A program made the translations under genes and the position numbers. From a phage, in the sequence record PZ445523.1: DNA of 64,000 nucleotides. One strand, 5' to 3'. Under the pieces are notes generated by a model. The model ran no database searches. It was not told where the DNA came from and saw only the letters and a list, made by a program, of their open reading frames with translations. Below, piece by piece: positions 1 through 10,699 of this stretch; the stretch's first letter is position 1, and every line of letters begins with the position of its first letter.

Positions 1-373
1 TAATAATCAATACTTCGGTGGAATCTTCAACCAGTTTTGCCCATTTACCGTATCTTTTACCACGAGGAACTGCAGCCATTAGATAATTAAAATGAGCTTC
101 ATCACTTAATCCAGAACCGATTAAATTCATTGCATATACAGCTGGCATGCACTCTGGAAATTGTGATAATGCATTTTCAACCATGAATTTTGAATAATCT
201 TTTTGAGCAATTGAGCATTTAGTTTTATTATTAATAGCTCCAATTATTTCAAAAAATTCATTTTCAGCTTTTTCTTTAAAAGAATCAGCAGCAGATTGGA
301 CAGCTGTCCAATCTTTTGAATACCAAGCAACTTGATGCTCGTTTAATTGAATATCATCTTCAAATAAGCTCAT
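1..373 (-). CDS. 62: Clamp loader small subunit gp62, N-terminal part; C-terminus runs past the window edge
   Basis: Minus-strand ORF opening [22 protein letters not shown] at 373 and open to position 1; sits immediately downstream of gene 44 as in T4. Confidence 0.75.
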   Translation of the reverse strand, partial: MSLFEDDIQLNEHQVAWYSKDWTAVQSAADSFKEKAENEFFEIIGAINNKTKCSIAQKDYSKFMVENALSQFPECMPAVYAMNLIGSGLSDEAHFNYLMAAVPRGKRYGKWAKLVEDSTEVLII

Positions 374-374
374 A

Positions 375-1334
375 TCACTTCCACTGCATTTCGCATGCTA
401 ATTGAATGAAAAGATAAGCTAGATGCAATTCAGTATTAGCTGCAATTCCATGATACTGATTATTTTCGCCGACAATTTCGTACATACGAATAATACTTTG
501 TGGAGTTACACGTGAATAGATTTCTTCGGCAAGTTTACCAACGAACCATGAATAATCAGCTGCATATTTTGGTGCTAAAGCTCTGAGTTGTTTAACATCT
601 TTATTTTTGAGAGACTCAAGAACATCATCAATAGCACCACGATCGTTAGTAACCAGTGATAAAATACCAGCATCCAAAACACCTTTAGATGAATAACTAT
701 CGAGCTCGCCAATAGTTTTACGAAAATCAGGAAAATTCTTTTTAACCAAAGCTGCTACAACTTTCATATCAGCTATAGCAATTCCTTCATGCTTGCAGAT
801 TTCAGTCAATCGACGAATCATCTGCTTCATCATTTCAATTTTATCTTCATCAGTTGGTTGACCGAATGTAATAACTCGGCAGCGTGACTGAAGCGGTTTA
901 ATAATACCATCAATATTGTTAGCAGTAATAATAATACTACAGTTTGAACTATAAGCTTCCATAAAGGAACGAAGATGTCGCTGAGACTCTGCTAGCCCTG
1001 AACGGTCAAATTCATCAATAACGATTACTTTTTGACGACCATCAAATGAAGCTGCACTGGCAAAATTAGTCAAAGGACCACGAACGAAATCAATTTTACA
1101 GTCTGATCCATTCACAAACATCATATCAGCATTTACATCATGACACAATGCTTTTGCTACAGTTGTTTTACCTGTTCCTGGAGAAGGAGAATGAAGAATA
1201 ATATGTGGAATCTTACCTTTACTTGTAATAGATTTAAAGGTTTCTTTATCAAAGGCGGGAAGAATACATTCATCGATAGTAGATGGACGATATTTCTGTT
1301 CAAGAATGTGTTCTTTTTCATTTACGGTAATCAT
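375..1334 (-). CDS. 44: Clamp loader ATPase gp44
   Basis: Walker [11 protein letters not shown], Walker [12 protein letters not shown] motif; likely start MITVNEK (319 aa), the ORF-track start at 1349 is 5 codons upstream. Confidence 0.9.
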
Positions 1335-1367
1335 AATTTCCTCATTCAAGTTTTAGTGTAAATTATA

Positions 1368-1385
1368 AAGGGCCGAAGCCCTTTA
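1368..1385 (-). terminator. UUCG-tetraloop hairpin between genes 45 and 44
   Basis: Minus strand GGGC-UUCG-GCCC stem-loop followed by U-rich tract. Confidence 0.6.
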
Positions 1386-2072
1386 TTAAAAATCGTGGGT
1401 AGAATCAGCTTCAAGAGCTACTACATAATTCGCATGTTCACCTTCAAATTTAGCAGCGCCTTGTTTACCTTTTGCCCAGAGCAGAAGTTTATAATTTCCT
1501 GGTTGCATTTTCATATTTGCCATATTGATAATGAAATTAAATGTATTTTCACCATCATAATCACCAAGAGTCAAAGAATATTTAACACGGGTCAGAGCAG
1601 AATCTTCTACTTTATTAAAACCGTTAATTACGATTTTACCTTCTTTTACTGTGATAGCAATTGTATCAATCTGCAGACCACGAGATACACGCAACAGTTG
1701 TTGAAGGTCTTCAGCTTTAATTTCAGTAACAACAGATGCTACCGGGAATGGAATTGGTTTATTAGGAGCAACTACTGTACTCGGATCGGCTGCTGGCCAA
1801 AAAATTGTTGAGCGGGCATCAGCAATTTTAATATTTCCATCTTCTGACTGGGAAATTTCTGCATCATCATTAACTAGAGACAGAATACCGAGAAAACCGT
1901 TCAAATCGTAAATTGCTACATCAAAATCAATAACGTCAGAAATATTTGCTTCCGCATAAGTTGTGCCATTAACTGCGCGAGTCATAATAAATTGACCGGA
2001 TTTAAGCATAATACCGGAGTTAATAGTAGCGAAATTTTTAAGCAGAGCAGTAGTATCTTTAGACAGTTTCAT
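1386..2072 (-). CDS. 45: Sliding clamp gp45
   Basis: 228 aa, matches T4 gp45 length and sequence as I recall it; position between 44 and rpbA. Confidence 0.9.
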   Translation of the reverse strand: MKLSKDTTALLKNFATINSGIMLKSGQFIMTRAVNGTTYAEANISDVIDFDVAIYDLNGFLGILSLVNDDAEISQSEDGNIKIADARSTIFWPAADPSTVVAPNKPIPFPVASVVTEIKAEDLQQLLRVSRGLQIDTIAITVKEGKIVINGFNKVEDSALTRVKYSLTLGDYDGENTFNFIINMANMKMQPGNYKLLLWAKGKQGAAKFEGEHANYVVALEADSTHDF

Positions 2073-2127
2073 GTAATTTCCTTCAATTCAAATGAGATTT
2101 AATTTTATAACTAATTTAATAAAGCAA

Positions 2128-2517
2128 TTAACGATTAAAATCAGCCGCAATTGTTTCCGCAACAATTTGTGCAGCAACAATTAGACGTTCATCTGCATTG
2201 CCGCAATAATCATCTTCAAGGCGTTCACCACATGAAGTCATAATAAATTTAGCACCGGCGTTTAGGGATTCTGCAGTATGTTTGCGCATTAGTTCAATCC
2301 ATTTATTACTTACTTCACGATCGATAGCTTCATAATACGCATGACGAGCAGGTGCAGATTTAATTTTGTTCTGAATAACTTCCATTGCGTTATCAGAAAG
2401 AGACAAAACCCATGCTCGACGAATTTTATTTTGGTTTTGTGGATTTGATTCAGAACGCACGTGTTTTGGCTGAATATCTTTTACATCAACAGTATAATTC
2501 ACAGTAATTTTAGTCAT
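2128..2517 (-). CDS. rpbA: RNA polymerase binding protein RpbA
   Basis: 129 aa, conserved position between 45 and 46. Confidence 0.6.
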   Translation of the reverse strand: MTKITVNYTVDVKDIQPKHVRSESNPQNQNKIRRAWVLSLSDNAMEVIQNKIKSAPARHAYYEAIDREVSNKWIELMRKHTAESLNAGAKFIMTSCGERLEDDYCGNADERLIVAAQIVAETIAADFNR

Positions 2518-2526
2518 AATACACCT

Positions 2527-2715
2527 TTAGTCATAATAATCAGTAACAGTCCAAGCTTCATTTCTATTGGACATTATTTTTGTATATTCTGCTTTAAATG
2601 CATTCTTAAGCATAGATTCAGTAACTATATGCTCTTCATTGGAAAAATTATTTCTCAGAATATATCGTTTTATTTCAGGAATAGTTAATAGATGCTGTCC
2701 AGTTGAATATTCCAT
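2527..2715 (-). CDS. Hypothetical small protein (45.2-like position)
   Basis: 62-aa ORF in the 45-46 intergenic block. Confidence 0.4.
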   Translation of the reverse strand: MEYSTGQHLLTIPEIKRYILRNNFSNEEHIVTESMLKNAFKAEYTKIMSNRNEAWTVTDYYD

Positions 2716-2770
2716 GTTTTTCCTCCATAGAGATTATACTCTAATAAATTAAAGCATAATCTCTTATAAA

Positions 2771-4453
2771 TTAAACCATTACAGTAAATCGACCAACTTT
2801 CTTCATTTGAAGATGCTGACCGTATGCTTGCGGGTCATGGTCTCTATGCGAAATAACAAAAACATTAGTATTTTTTAAACTATCTAAAATAGTTGAAATA
2901 GCTTTTACACCTTCAACGTCGGTCGCTGAATCAAAAACTTCATCAAGAATTAGTGTGTTTATTTTAACACCTGAAACTTTTTCAGCAATATCACGCCAAG
3001 TAAATAAAAGAGCAATATCAATTCGTGCTTTTTCACCTTGACTGAATGAAGCATAACTAAAATCTTCGCGACCACGGGATTTAATTGTCTCATTAAATTC
3101 TTCATCTAATGTAAACACATAATCCGCTTCCATTATTTTAAGATAATGGTTAATCTGCTTATTAAATAATGGAATGTACTTTTTAATAATAGCACCTTTA
3201 ATACCAGAATCTTTGAGCATATCAGTCAAAATTCCTCGGTGGTATTTTTCCATTACTAAATTAGTTTTTGTCTTAACAATTTTATCAAGTTCTTCTTGAA
3301 GCAGTGCTATTTCATCAGCATGGTCAATAAACTCAGAAGATGCTTTTTCTATAGCCGCTTTAACTTTTTTAGCTTTATCTACCGTCGTGATTAGAGATTG
3401 CTTTTTATTGCGAATATCATTTGCCAACGACTGTTGGGTTTTAATATTATCTCGGTATTCATCAACAAGAACTTTTAAATTATCACGATGTGTTGAAAGC
3501 TGTTCAAACGAATGCGTACATTCAGAAACTTTATCTTTAATTTTAGAAACAACTTTATCACCGGAACTTAATTGTGACAAGCAGGTTGGACATAATCCAC
3601 CTTCGTGATACATATTAATGACTTTATTATACGAGTCAATTTTTGATTTAATTAAAACTGCTTCTTGACCGATTTTATTAAATGCATCAGTCGGGTCTTC
3701 ATCTAAAACAATATTAACTAATCTTTCGTTAGCTTCTTCTATTTCCGATTTTAGCGTTCTAGCTTCTTTTGCCAAATCATCATACATATTTTGCAGACGA
3801 GTAAGGTTGTCACCCGTTAATTTTTTCTGGCGTTCAACGTTATCATTATATATTTTAATTTGTTGGATAATACTATCTTTTTTAACATCAAGCACTTGGT
3901 TCTGCGAATTTAATTCACGTATTAGTGCTTTATTAAGCTTATCCATTTCAGCTAATGTTCCTACCTCAAGCAGGTCTTCCACAAGCTTTCTTCGCGCAGG
4001 GGTCGACAAACCCATGAAAGGGGTATACCCTGCTGTACCAAGGACAACAATCTGCTTGAAACTGGCATATGACATTCCGATAAGCTGTTCAAATTCTGCT
4101 TGGAAATCTTTACTGCTGGCAGATTCATTAAGACGTGTACCGTTAACGGTGATTTCGAAAACGTTTGGTTTTTGTCCTCTTTTGATATAGTACTTTTTCT
4201 CATCATATTCCATCCACAGTTCAACTAAAAGTTCTTTCTTATTTGTGCTGTTTATTAATTGGCCTTTCTTTACATCACGAAATGGCTTGCCAAAAAGCCC
4301 AAATGTGATGGCTTCCAACATAGTAGACTTACCACCGCCATTTCGTCCAGTAATAAGAGTTTTTTGAACCTTATCTAATTGAATGTCAATAGGATTTCCA
4401 CCTACTGACATTATATTTTGATACCTAACTCGGTTTAGTTTAAAATTCTTCAC
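2771..4453 (-). CDS. 46: Recombination endonuclease subunit gp46 (Rad50/SbcC-like)
   Basis: 560 aa; Walker A GRNGGGKST, long central coiled coil with CPTC zinc hook, D-loop LILDEVFD. Confidence 0.9.
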   Translation of the reverse strand: MKNFKLNRVRYQNIMSVGGNPIDIQLDKVQKTLITGRNGGGKSTMLEAITFGLFGKPFRDVKKGQLINSTNKKELLVELWMEYDEKKYYIKRGQKPNVFEITVNGTRLNESASSKDFQAEFEQLIGMSYASFKQIVVLGTAGYTPFMGLSTPARRKLVEDLLEVGTLAEMDKLNKALIRELNSQNQVLDVKKDSIIQQIKIYNDNVERQKKLTGDNLTRLQNMYDDLAKEARTLKSEIEEANERLVNIVLDEDPTDAFNKIGQEAVLIKSKIDSYNKVINMYHEGGLCPTCLSQLSSGDKVVSKIKDKVSECTHSFEQLSTHRDNLKVLVDEYRDNIKTQQSLANDIRNKKQSLITTVDKAKKVKAAIEKASSEFIDHADEIALLQEELDKIVKTKTNLVMEKYHRGILTDMLKDSGIKGAIIKKYIPLFNKQINHYLKIMEADYVFTLDEEFNETIKSRGREDFSYASFSQGEKARIDIALLFTWRDIAEKVSGVKINTLILDEVFDSATDVEGVKAISTILDSLKNTNVFVISHRDHDPQAYGQHLQMKKVGRFTVMV

Positions 4454-4665
4454 AAAAGATTCCTTTTAATGTATCTTTTAGACCATTCTATCATATCATC
4501 ATAATCTAAAAAGTATTCATCAAATTCAGCCATGCAAACAACACCTTGCGCTGTTTTTGATGTAATATAAATTATTCCAACATATCTAGAATCTTCTTCT
4601 GTATAATCAATATTTGCTATGAATTCATCATTAATGTCAAATGTCGAAAACTTCACAATACGCAT
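4450..4665 (-). CDS. Hypothetical protein (46.1-like position)
   Basis: Small ORF between 46 and 47; start uncertain. Confidence 0.35.
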   Translation of the reverse strand: MRIVKFSTFDINDEFIANIDYTEEDSRYVGIIYITSKTAQGVVCMAEFDEYFLDYDDMIEWSKRYIKRNLL

Positions 4666-4900
4666 CCTTAATACAAGATATAGCCATATCTCGCAATGAT
4701 TTAGGTGTGTCATTATCTAAAATGTTGAAGTTAAAAGATACAGCCCAGTCAGTGCAGACCGTAACCTTTTTAATACAATTATCTTCAACCTCTAGTGGTT
4801 CAAACCAGTATTCAATAATTTCTTTATGCCCAATATCATCTTTTACTTCGCATTCAAAATGCTGACTCATCATAACATTTTTAAATTCATCAAAAGTCAT
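4637..4900 (-). CDS. Hypothetical protein (46.2-like position)
   Basis: 87-aa ORF between 46 and 47. Confidence 0.4.
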   Translation of the reverse strand: MTFDEFKNVMMSQHFECEVKDDIGHKEIIEYWFEPLEVEDNCIKKVTVCTDWAVSFNFNILDNDTPKSLRDMAISCIKDAYCEVFDI

Positions 4901-5916
4901 TGTGTTGCCTCTACATATAGCTGATTTGCATATTGAATAAGTGCTTCACGGTCAGAATCAGTGATGTCTGGAATTGCATTAATATACTCTTCCATTAATG
5001 TCTGAAGCGATTGAACTTCAACTTCTTCACTGTCATCTGACTCGACAGAGTTATCAATCTTTGACACAACTCGTAATGAATGCACAACTTTTTCTAGTTC
5101 AGATTCGAACTTCGTTAGATTTTTGTCTACTTCAGCTACTATAACACGTACTGATAGATTTGTAAAATCTTTATAGTCAATTTTTCCTTTAAATGGATAA
5201 TGAATTCTACGGTGCCAGGTAGTATTGTTTGGAATAAATTCCATTCGTTCTGTTTCTGTATCAAACATCCAGAACCCACGAGGGTCATTCTCGTCACCTG
5301 CAGTTAGTGTCCATGGTGTCCCAATATATCTGACGTTAGCAGCCTCAGAGATAGTATGGAAGTGACCAGACCACACCTCTTTATAAGTCTTAAGGAAATC
5401 AGGTTCAAGACCGTGAGATTTCATTCCTTTATAAAAATAAAATCCATTCAGCTCCCAGTGACCAACACAAAAAGAAGCAGATGAAGTTTTGATGTGCTCA
5501 AGAATTTCACCAGTATTTTCTTCGCACATCCAAGGAATCAAATCAATCAAACATCCGTCAAAATCTACTGTAGTAGGCTTATCATATACTTTAACATTAG
5601 GATATTTAGCCAAAAGCTCAGTAGAAGCATTTGGAGTTAAAGTATTTTTAAAGTGCATATCATGGTTTCCTACAACAGTATGTAGGGTAATACCAGCATC
5701 ATCAAGCATTTGAACTATTTCACGAGCGAACTCCATAGTTTTATGCGTGATTGCTTTTCGCACATCAAAAATATCGCCGTATTGAATCCAGGTAGTAATT
5801 CCATTTTTCTTAGAATATTCTATCGCTTGCTTAATTCCATCCAACTGAATGGATTGAACCCACTCATCATCGGCTTTAACGCCTAAATGCCAATCACCTA
5901 AATTTAAAATTTTCAT
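4897..5916 (-). CDS. 47: Recombination nuclease subunit gp47 (Mre11/SbcD-like)
   Basis: 339 aa; phosphoesterase motifs LNLGDWHLG, GNHD, GHWE/GHFH. Confidence 0.9.
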   Translation of the reverse strand: MKILNLGDWHLGVKADDEWVQSIQLDGIKQAIEYSKKNGITTWIQYGDIFDVRKAITHKTMEFAREIVQMLDDAGITLHTVVGNHDMHFKNTLTPNASTELLAKYPNVKVYDKPTTVDFDGCLIDLIPWMCEENTGEILEHIKTSSASFCVGHWELNGFYFYKGMKSHGLEPDFLKTYKEVWSGHFHTISEAANVRYIGTPWTLTAGDENDPRGFWMFDTETERMEFIPNNTTWHRRIHYPFKGKIDYKDFTNLSVRVIVAEVDKNLTKFESELEKVVHSLRVVSKIDNSVESDDSEEVEVQSLQTLMEEYINAIPDITDSDREALIQYANQLYVEATQ

Positions 5917-6077
5917 ATATCAAGAACCGTCATTGAAATGCAAAATAAAATTATTGAAATAAATCCATCTGGAGTGCTAAAGAACCCAATCCAACATGCT
6001 CTAGTGAATAGATAAAATGCAAGAAAAAGTATCACATATCCAAGAAATATCATTATATCAAACTCCGTATAAAGCTA

Positions 6078-6094
6078 AAGGGCCGAAGCCCTTT
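6078..6094 (-). terminator. UUCG-tetraloop hairpin at the end of a-gt
   Basis: Identical AAAGGGC-UUCG-GCCCTTT element. Confidence 0.6.
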
Positions 6095-7295
6095 ATTTTG
6101 TAATAATGTCAAACTGTTCTTTAAAGCAGAAGCTTGAATCTTGATGCTGATACAAAAATTCATATGCTTTTTCACGTTCGCGGTCATAAAGAGCTCGGTC
6201 AGATGACAGTTCTTTAATACGTTCAAATGTTGATTCCATGTCATTTTCATCAAACCAAATGATACCGCTATCATGCGAGGTCAAAGGAGTATTATCAACA
6301 CGGAATTTTAAATTTTCGCCAGTAGATTTCCAAAATACCGGAATTGTTCCACATGCACCAAGCTCGAGATGAGTATATTCTAAAGAACGTTGTAGATATT
6401 TTTTGTCCAACTTACTCAACTGATAACCAAATCCGGATTTACTCATGCGTTCAAGCATTTCGCTATTTACATAACGGTCAAGAATTTGCGTTGGCAAATT
6501 AGGAGCAATTTTAATTTGGTCTACTTGATGAAGACGATAATACTCGTATGGAATTCCTTTTTCTTTAATAGGAATGAACGCTGGAGAACGTTCCAGACCT
6601 TCCATAATAGTACTTAGTCCTGCAGGTTTAAGATGTTTTTCATGAAAATCAAACATCTGATAAAAACCTTTCCATGTAGTCGTACGACCAATCCAACGGT
6701 TGATATTCATGTTAATTTCAGAAACATCTTTCCAGTATGTTGATCGAACCTTTGCAATATCCATCGGAGGCTGAAAGTTATATACGGTCGGTGCTTCTTC
6801 AATATCATCAAACAGAGAAACAGTTTCTGGATACCACTCTTTCATCAGAACTTTATTAAAATCACCATTATCAGAATGGCTAAAAATAATATCAGCTCGA
6901 CGAACAGTTTCTTCTAATCCCAAATTTCGACGCAAAGAAAGAGAAGAATGGTCATGCTGATAAACTACAACACGAACCGAAGGTTTAATGTTATCAATAA
7001 TTTTTTTATAGTTATTAATAGTGTCTTCTTCAACTGAAGTAGCAGGAACTGAATTGATAATTAGAATATCACAATCATTTACCAGCTTAAGTGTTTTATC
7101 GTATTCTTTTGCCAATAAAACCGGAATTGAAAATGATTTATAATCATGTGCACAGTTACGAGTAAATGATTTATCTTTAGCATAAACCAAAGTTACTTCA
7201 TGACCATTTTTAATAAACCAATCACGCTGCTCGAGTGAGAATTTTGTTACACCACAACCTTCAAGACCTCGAGCCATAAAAATACATACTTTCAT
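6093..7295 (-). CDS. agt: DNA alpha-glucosyltransferase
   Basis: 400 aa, same length and position (47 to 55 interval) as T4 a-gt. Confidence 0.75.
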   Translation of the reverse strand: MKVCIFMARGLEGCGVTKFSLEQRDWFIKNGHEVTLVYAKDKSFTRNCAHDYKSFSIPVLLAKEYDKTLKLVNDCDILIINSVPATSVEEDTINNYKKIIDNIKPSVRVVVYQHDHSSLSLRRNLGLEETVRRADIIFSHSDNGDFNKVLMKEWYPETVSLFDDIEEAPTVYNFQPPMDIAKVRSTYWKDVSEINMNINRWIGRTTTWKGFYQMFDFHEKHLKPAGLSTIMEGLERSPAFIPIKEKGIPYEYYRLHQVDQIKIAPNLPTQILDRYVNSEMLERMSKSGFGYQLSKLDKKYLQRSLEYTHLELGACGTIPVFWKSTGENLKFRVDNTPLTSHDSGIIWFDENDMESTFERIKELSSDRALYDREREKAYEFLYQHQDSSFCFKEQFDIITK

Positions 7296-7345
7296 TTAAT
7301 ATCCTCTTTGTTTTGGTTTATTTTACCAAAAATTTATAAAGCAAT

Positions 7346-7365
7346 ATAGGAGCCGAAGCTCCTAT
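7346..7365 (-). terminator. UUCG-tetraloop hairpin
   Basis: ATAGGAGC-UUCG-GCTCCTAT. Confidence 0.5.
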
Positions 7366-7538
7366 CCACATAATACGCCATACAGAGGCTCGTTAGAACT
7401 TTTAAATTTTATGCGCTTATATGTTATAGTTCCTTCTGCTTTAGCTTTATCATGAGACTCTTTAAAGCGTCTCATCATTTCCTCTTTAGAGGAACGAATT
7501 TTATTATAATCTATTTCAGAAGTCTGGGTGTTCATCTT

Positions 7539-7745
7539 TCACAGTTGCCACCATTTTTTAACTTGATAAGAATCAACCCACACTTTCATATTAGGGTCTG
7601 CTCTTACAATAGGAGGATTAACTTCTTTAATTGAACTATCATGGTATTCTTTTTCAGAAATTTTCACACAAAGATGACCATTCAAAGATTCAGTAAATCC
7701 TGCATTAATTTTAAGACGCTTGAATTTTACGTGTGTAAGCATCAA
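7539..7745 (-). CDS. Hypothetical protein
   Basis: 68-aa ORF. Confidence 0.3.
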   Translation of the reverse strand: MMLTHVKFKRLKINAGFTESLNGHLCVKISEKEYHDSSIKEVNPPIVRADPNMKVWVDSYQVKKWWQL

Positions 7746-8028
7746 TCATATCCTCAATTTGCGATCTAGTAGTCTTCCAAAGAATACTGATGAGTTCATC
7801 GTTATATGGCTGTTTTAGAATATCCCGACTTTTCTTGATAGCATATTCGTATTGAGCAAAATTATTATTTTCAGCTGCAATCTGAGCGTGCTTATAAAGA
7901 CGATTCAGTTCGCGTTTGTTTTTAGACAATAACTTATTTGCTTTTCTTTCTGCTTCAAGACGGTTCTTTTCTTCAATAGAAGAAATAAGCTTTTCCACTT
8001 CATCATTAATTTCGGGTTTATCAGTCAT
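7711..8028 (-). CDS. Hypothetical protein
   Basis: 105-aa ORF, helical and charged. Confidence 0.4.
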   Translation of the reverse strand: MTDKPEINDEVEKLISSIEEKNRLEAERKANKLLSKNKRELNRLYKHAQIAAENNNFAQYEYAIKKSRDILKQPYNDELISILWKTTRSQIEDMIDAYTRKIQAS

Positions 8029-8029
8029 A

Positions 8030-8248
8030 TTATTTCTCTAATATAAAATAAAAATCATCATCTGTTAAATGATACCGATAGTTTAATTCTACACCATTAG
8101 ATTTAAAAGCGGTATCATACGGATTTTCTGGATCAATATCAATGTCAAGAGCTAAAACTTCCCTGAGATACATTTTAAGTAAATAGGGAATAGCTTCAAC
8201 TTCAGGTATTTCTTCCAAGAATCCGGAGAGGTTAATCGTTAGCCTCAT
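8030..8248 (-). CDS. Hypothetical protein
   Basis: 72-aa ORF directly downstream of gene 55. Confidence 0.4.
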
Positions 8249-8789
8249 ATAAAAAATCCAAACTAGGAGAATCGTCTACAACACTTTTCTTTTCAGCCCC
8301 CGGTGTTCTATAGGTTGATTCTTCGTAATGCGTCATTTTATCGTAGATGTCTTGAATAAAAGTTTCATCTACTAACGCAACCATATCGTCGTCACGGCTG
8401 TCATAGACATTGTGAACGAAGTAACTATATTTCTTTGCAACTTCCTTACGTTCTTTTTTAATACGTTGGACGAATGCATTAAAACAAGCTTGAGTTATAT
8501 ACGCATGTGGGTTTTTATATTTCGTTTCATCAAAATTGTGAAGTCCCTTAATAGAAGCTTCTATACCATCTGCAATCATTTCTTGTTTCCAAGACTGGGT
8601 GTATCCTGAAAAGTTGAAACGTTTAGATAAGCCTTCTGCAATAAGCATAATGGCTAATCCGATAGTATCATTCTGACGAACTACTTTATTTGGGTCTTTA
8701 TTATTTGCTAATTCTGTTTTCCAATCAATAATAGCTTGTAAAAGCTCTTTATTGTTTACGTAATTATATTTAGGCTTAGTTTCTGACAT
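8232..8789 (-). CDS. 55: Late-transcription sigma factor gp55
   Basis: 185 aa from [18 protein letters not shown]; T4 gp55 length and N-terminus. Confidence 0.85.
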
Positions 8790-8867
8790 TTTCACCTCTT
8801 AGCTCAATTCATAGATCTATTATATCATAATATTTGAAGATCTATCTTAAAGCATAGAGGATATCAG

Positions 8868-9137
8868 TTATCTAAGTAAGCAGTATGCTTGGAACACTTT
8901 CTCCATCATCTTTTTAAATTCATGAATATCTATGTAATGATCATTAATATCAGCGCGATATAAAAAGTCTAAAAACTTTTTATGGGTATTAGAATATTTA
9001 CTTCCAGTTAATTCAGAAACATGGCTTTCCCAATATCCAACACCAGTTTTATTTGGGAAAAATGAAATTTTCATGTATTGGTCAACATAGAAAATACCAA
9101 AATTTTCAATAGCAATAGAAATATTAATTAATTTCAT
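8868..9137 (-). CDS. Hypothetical protein
   Basis: 89-aa ORF. Confidence 0.4.
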   Translation of the reverse strand: MKLINISIAIENFGIFYVDQYMKISFFPNKTGVGYWESHVSELTGSKYSNTHKKFLDFLYRADINDHYIDIHEFKKMMEKVFQAYCLLR

Positions 9138-9349
9138 ACATTCATCAACTTAGCCGCTTCAAGAGCTGCATCTAGTGAATCAAACTGGTCAACGTATTCA
9201 ATCAATTCGCCGTAATTGGCATATAACCACCATTGGCTAAATTCATACTCAAGGATGAATCCATTTCCTTCAATTTGAGTTAAACCAATGCCGTTTGTAT
9301 TTACTTCATATCCGGCAAGACGCAAATCGTTAATAAGAGCTTCGTTCAT
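9134..9349 (-). CDS. Hypothetical protein
   Basis: 71-aa ORF, stop/start overlap with neighbour. Confidence 0.4.
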   Translation of the reverse strand: MNEALINDLRLAGYEVNTNGIGLTQIEGNGFILEYEFSQWWLYANYGELIEYVDQFDSLDAALEAAKLMNV

Positions 9350-9358
9350 AATTATACC

Positions 9359-9679
9359 TTAGTAATTTTCAGGTCTGCAAATTTTTTTCTTGCGTTGATT
9401 TTTCATGCGACGAATAGTTTTATCGGAAATTTCATGCTTTTGATAAGCTTTAGATTCTACACCAAAAGCTTTAACATCAAATTCTGACAAGATATATTGA
9501 ACCAACAATTCACGGATAGTGTTGCGTCCAATCTTCTGATCATTCTGTTTCATCGTCTGATGAAGCTCTTTTTCCCATTTATCCAAAATTTGAGGAGTTA
9601 CAATATCGCCTTTTTCTAGTAAAGAAACTACTTTATCATATGCGTAAGAATTGATGGCGTTTTTAATTTGAATAGTCAT
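9359..9679 (-). CDS. Hypothetical protein
   Basis: 106-aa ORF. Confidence 0.4.
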   Translation of the reverse strand: MTIQIKNAINSYAYDKVVSLLEKGDIVTPQILDKWEKELHQTMKQNDQKIGRNTIRELLVQYILSEFDVKAFGVESKAYQKHEISDKTIRRMKNQRKKKICRPENY

Positions 9680-9717
9680 ACATTATCCTCAATTGCGTTA
9701 AAATTTTATTATCCAAA

Positions 9718-9733
9718 AAGGGCCGAAGCCCTT
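9718..9733 (-). terminator. UUCG-tetraloop hairpin
   Basis: AAGGGC-UUCG-GCCCTT followed by U-tract. Confidence 0.55.
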
Positions 9734-9932
9734 AGCTAAACTTTTTGGCACCCTTCCAGCCTTCGTACATCATTGCGGCTGATATTAATATTGCTCCTGA
9801 GCAACTTGAATATTTGTGATTCCAAAACCAGTTTAGAAAAACTTCGTCATCAATACCTTGGGCTATCATATTTTCAAAGAACTGACGACGAGCTTCGGCA
9901 ATTCGCTGCGATAATTTAGATTCAGGATTCAT
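9732..9932 (-). CDS. Hypothetical protein
   Basis: 66-aa ORF followed by a hairpin. Confidence 0.35.
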   Translation of the reverse strand: MNPESKLSQRIAEARRQFFENMIAQGIDDEVFLNWFWNHKYSSCSGAILISAAMMYEGWKGAKKFS

Positions 9933-10072
9933 TTAAATTTTCCAGTTACCGTTTTCATCAATAAATTCAATCCAGTCATTTACTGACCACTTAGTTGTAT
10001 CACCTTTTTGGAGTAACATTTAAAGTGTATAACCCCTGCTTAAAAAGCATTCGTTTGATATTCATATTTTCC

Positions 10073-10411
10073 TCAGCTGTAACGATAACACTCGTTTGAT
10101 TTACGTTTAGCAACTCGTTGAGATGTATTATAATCTAATTCATCGTCGATGTAAACATCTTTTTTCAACTTTCTCACTTCATTACGTAATTGACGATTTA
10201 ATTCATTCTTAACCTCTGAATCAACACCTCGCATACGTCGCCATTTATCTGAACGAAAAATGTTTTCAACCATATCTTTATGACTTACACCATCAGGAGC
10301 TTTACGCTTTCCGAAATAGTCATAATCACGTACTTTTAAATCTTTACGACGATACGTTTTACCCATGGAGTTTAATTTCCTTAGCAACTGAACTAAATAC
10401 AGCACGGTCAC
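10073..10411 (-). CDS. Hypothetical basic protein
   Basis: 112-aa ORF, K/R-rich; start uncertain. Confidence 0.35.
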   Translation of the reverse strand: MTVLYLVQLLRKLNSMGKTYRRKDLKVRDYDYFGKRKAPDGVSHKDMVENIFRSDKWRRMRGVDSEVKNELNRQLRNEVRKLKKDVYIDDELDYNTSQRVAKRKSNECYRYS

Positions 10412-10541
10412 AAATCATCTGTTTATGTAACTTAAGTATAAGATAATAAACTTCAAAACCGTTTACATAAGTAACACGAACAACATTACCATTAATAAAA
10501 TAATATTGTCCCCTTTTAATTTCTTTATCAACCACAACCAT
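10359..10541 (-). CDS. Hypothetical protein
   Basis: 60-aa ORF immediately downstream of an early promoter. Confidence 0.35.
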   Translation of the reverse strand: MVVVDKEIKRGQYYFINGNVVRVTYVNGFEVYYLILKLHKQMICDRAVFSSVAKEIKLHG

Positions 10542-10571
10542 ATCAAATCCTCAAAGGCAATTCATATGTCA

Positions 10572-10601
10572 ATAATACCACAGTTTGAACTTGTTGTAAA
10601 C
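10572..10601 (-). promoter_or_regulatory. Early promoter (T4 early consensus type)
   Basis: Minus strand reads GTTTAC, 18 nt ending TGG, then TATTAT. Confidence 0.6.
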
Positions 10602-10682
10602 AACTTTGTGAAAAATATTTTAGGGAATGACAAGAAGGGAACGATAGCTTAGAATGGTAATATACAGAATGCGAGAAAGAAA

Positions 10683-10695
10683 GGCCCAGAGGGCC
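10683..10695 (-). terminator. Short GC hairpin downstream of nrdH-like gene
   Basis: GGCCC-TCT-GGGCC. Confidence 0.4.
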
Positions 10696-10699
10696 CGTC

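Noticed and set aside
1140-4224. Plus-strand ORFs (1140-1361, 1395-1811, 3387-3608, 3807-4190) and a second minus-frame ORF (3961-4224) inside genes 44, 45 and 46
   Set aside because: Antisense to, or out of frame within, long well-supported minus-strand genes; low-complexity translations (runs of F, I, S); no promoter or ribosome-binding context.
6053-6274. 73-aa minus-strand ORF overlapping the 3' end of a-gt and the UUCG hairpin
   Set aside because: It lies in an alternative frame of the a-gt C-terminus and is read through the terminator hairpin; most likely spurious.
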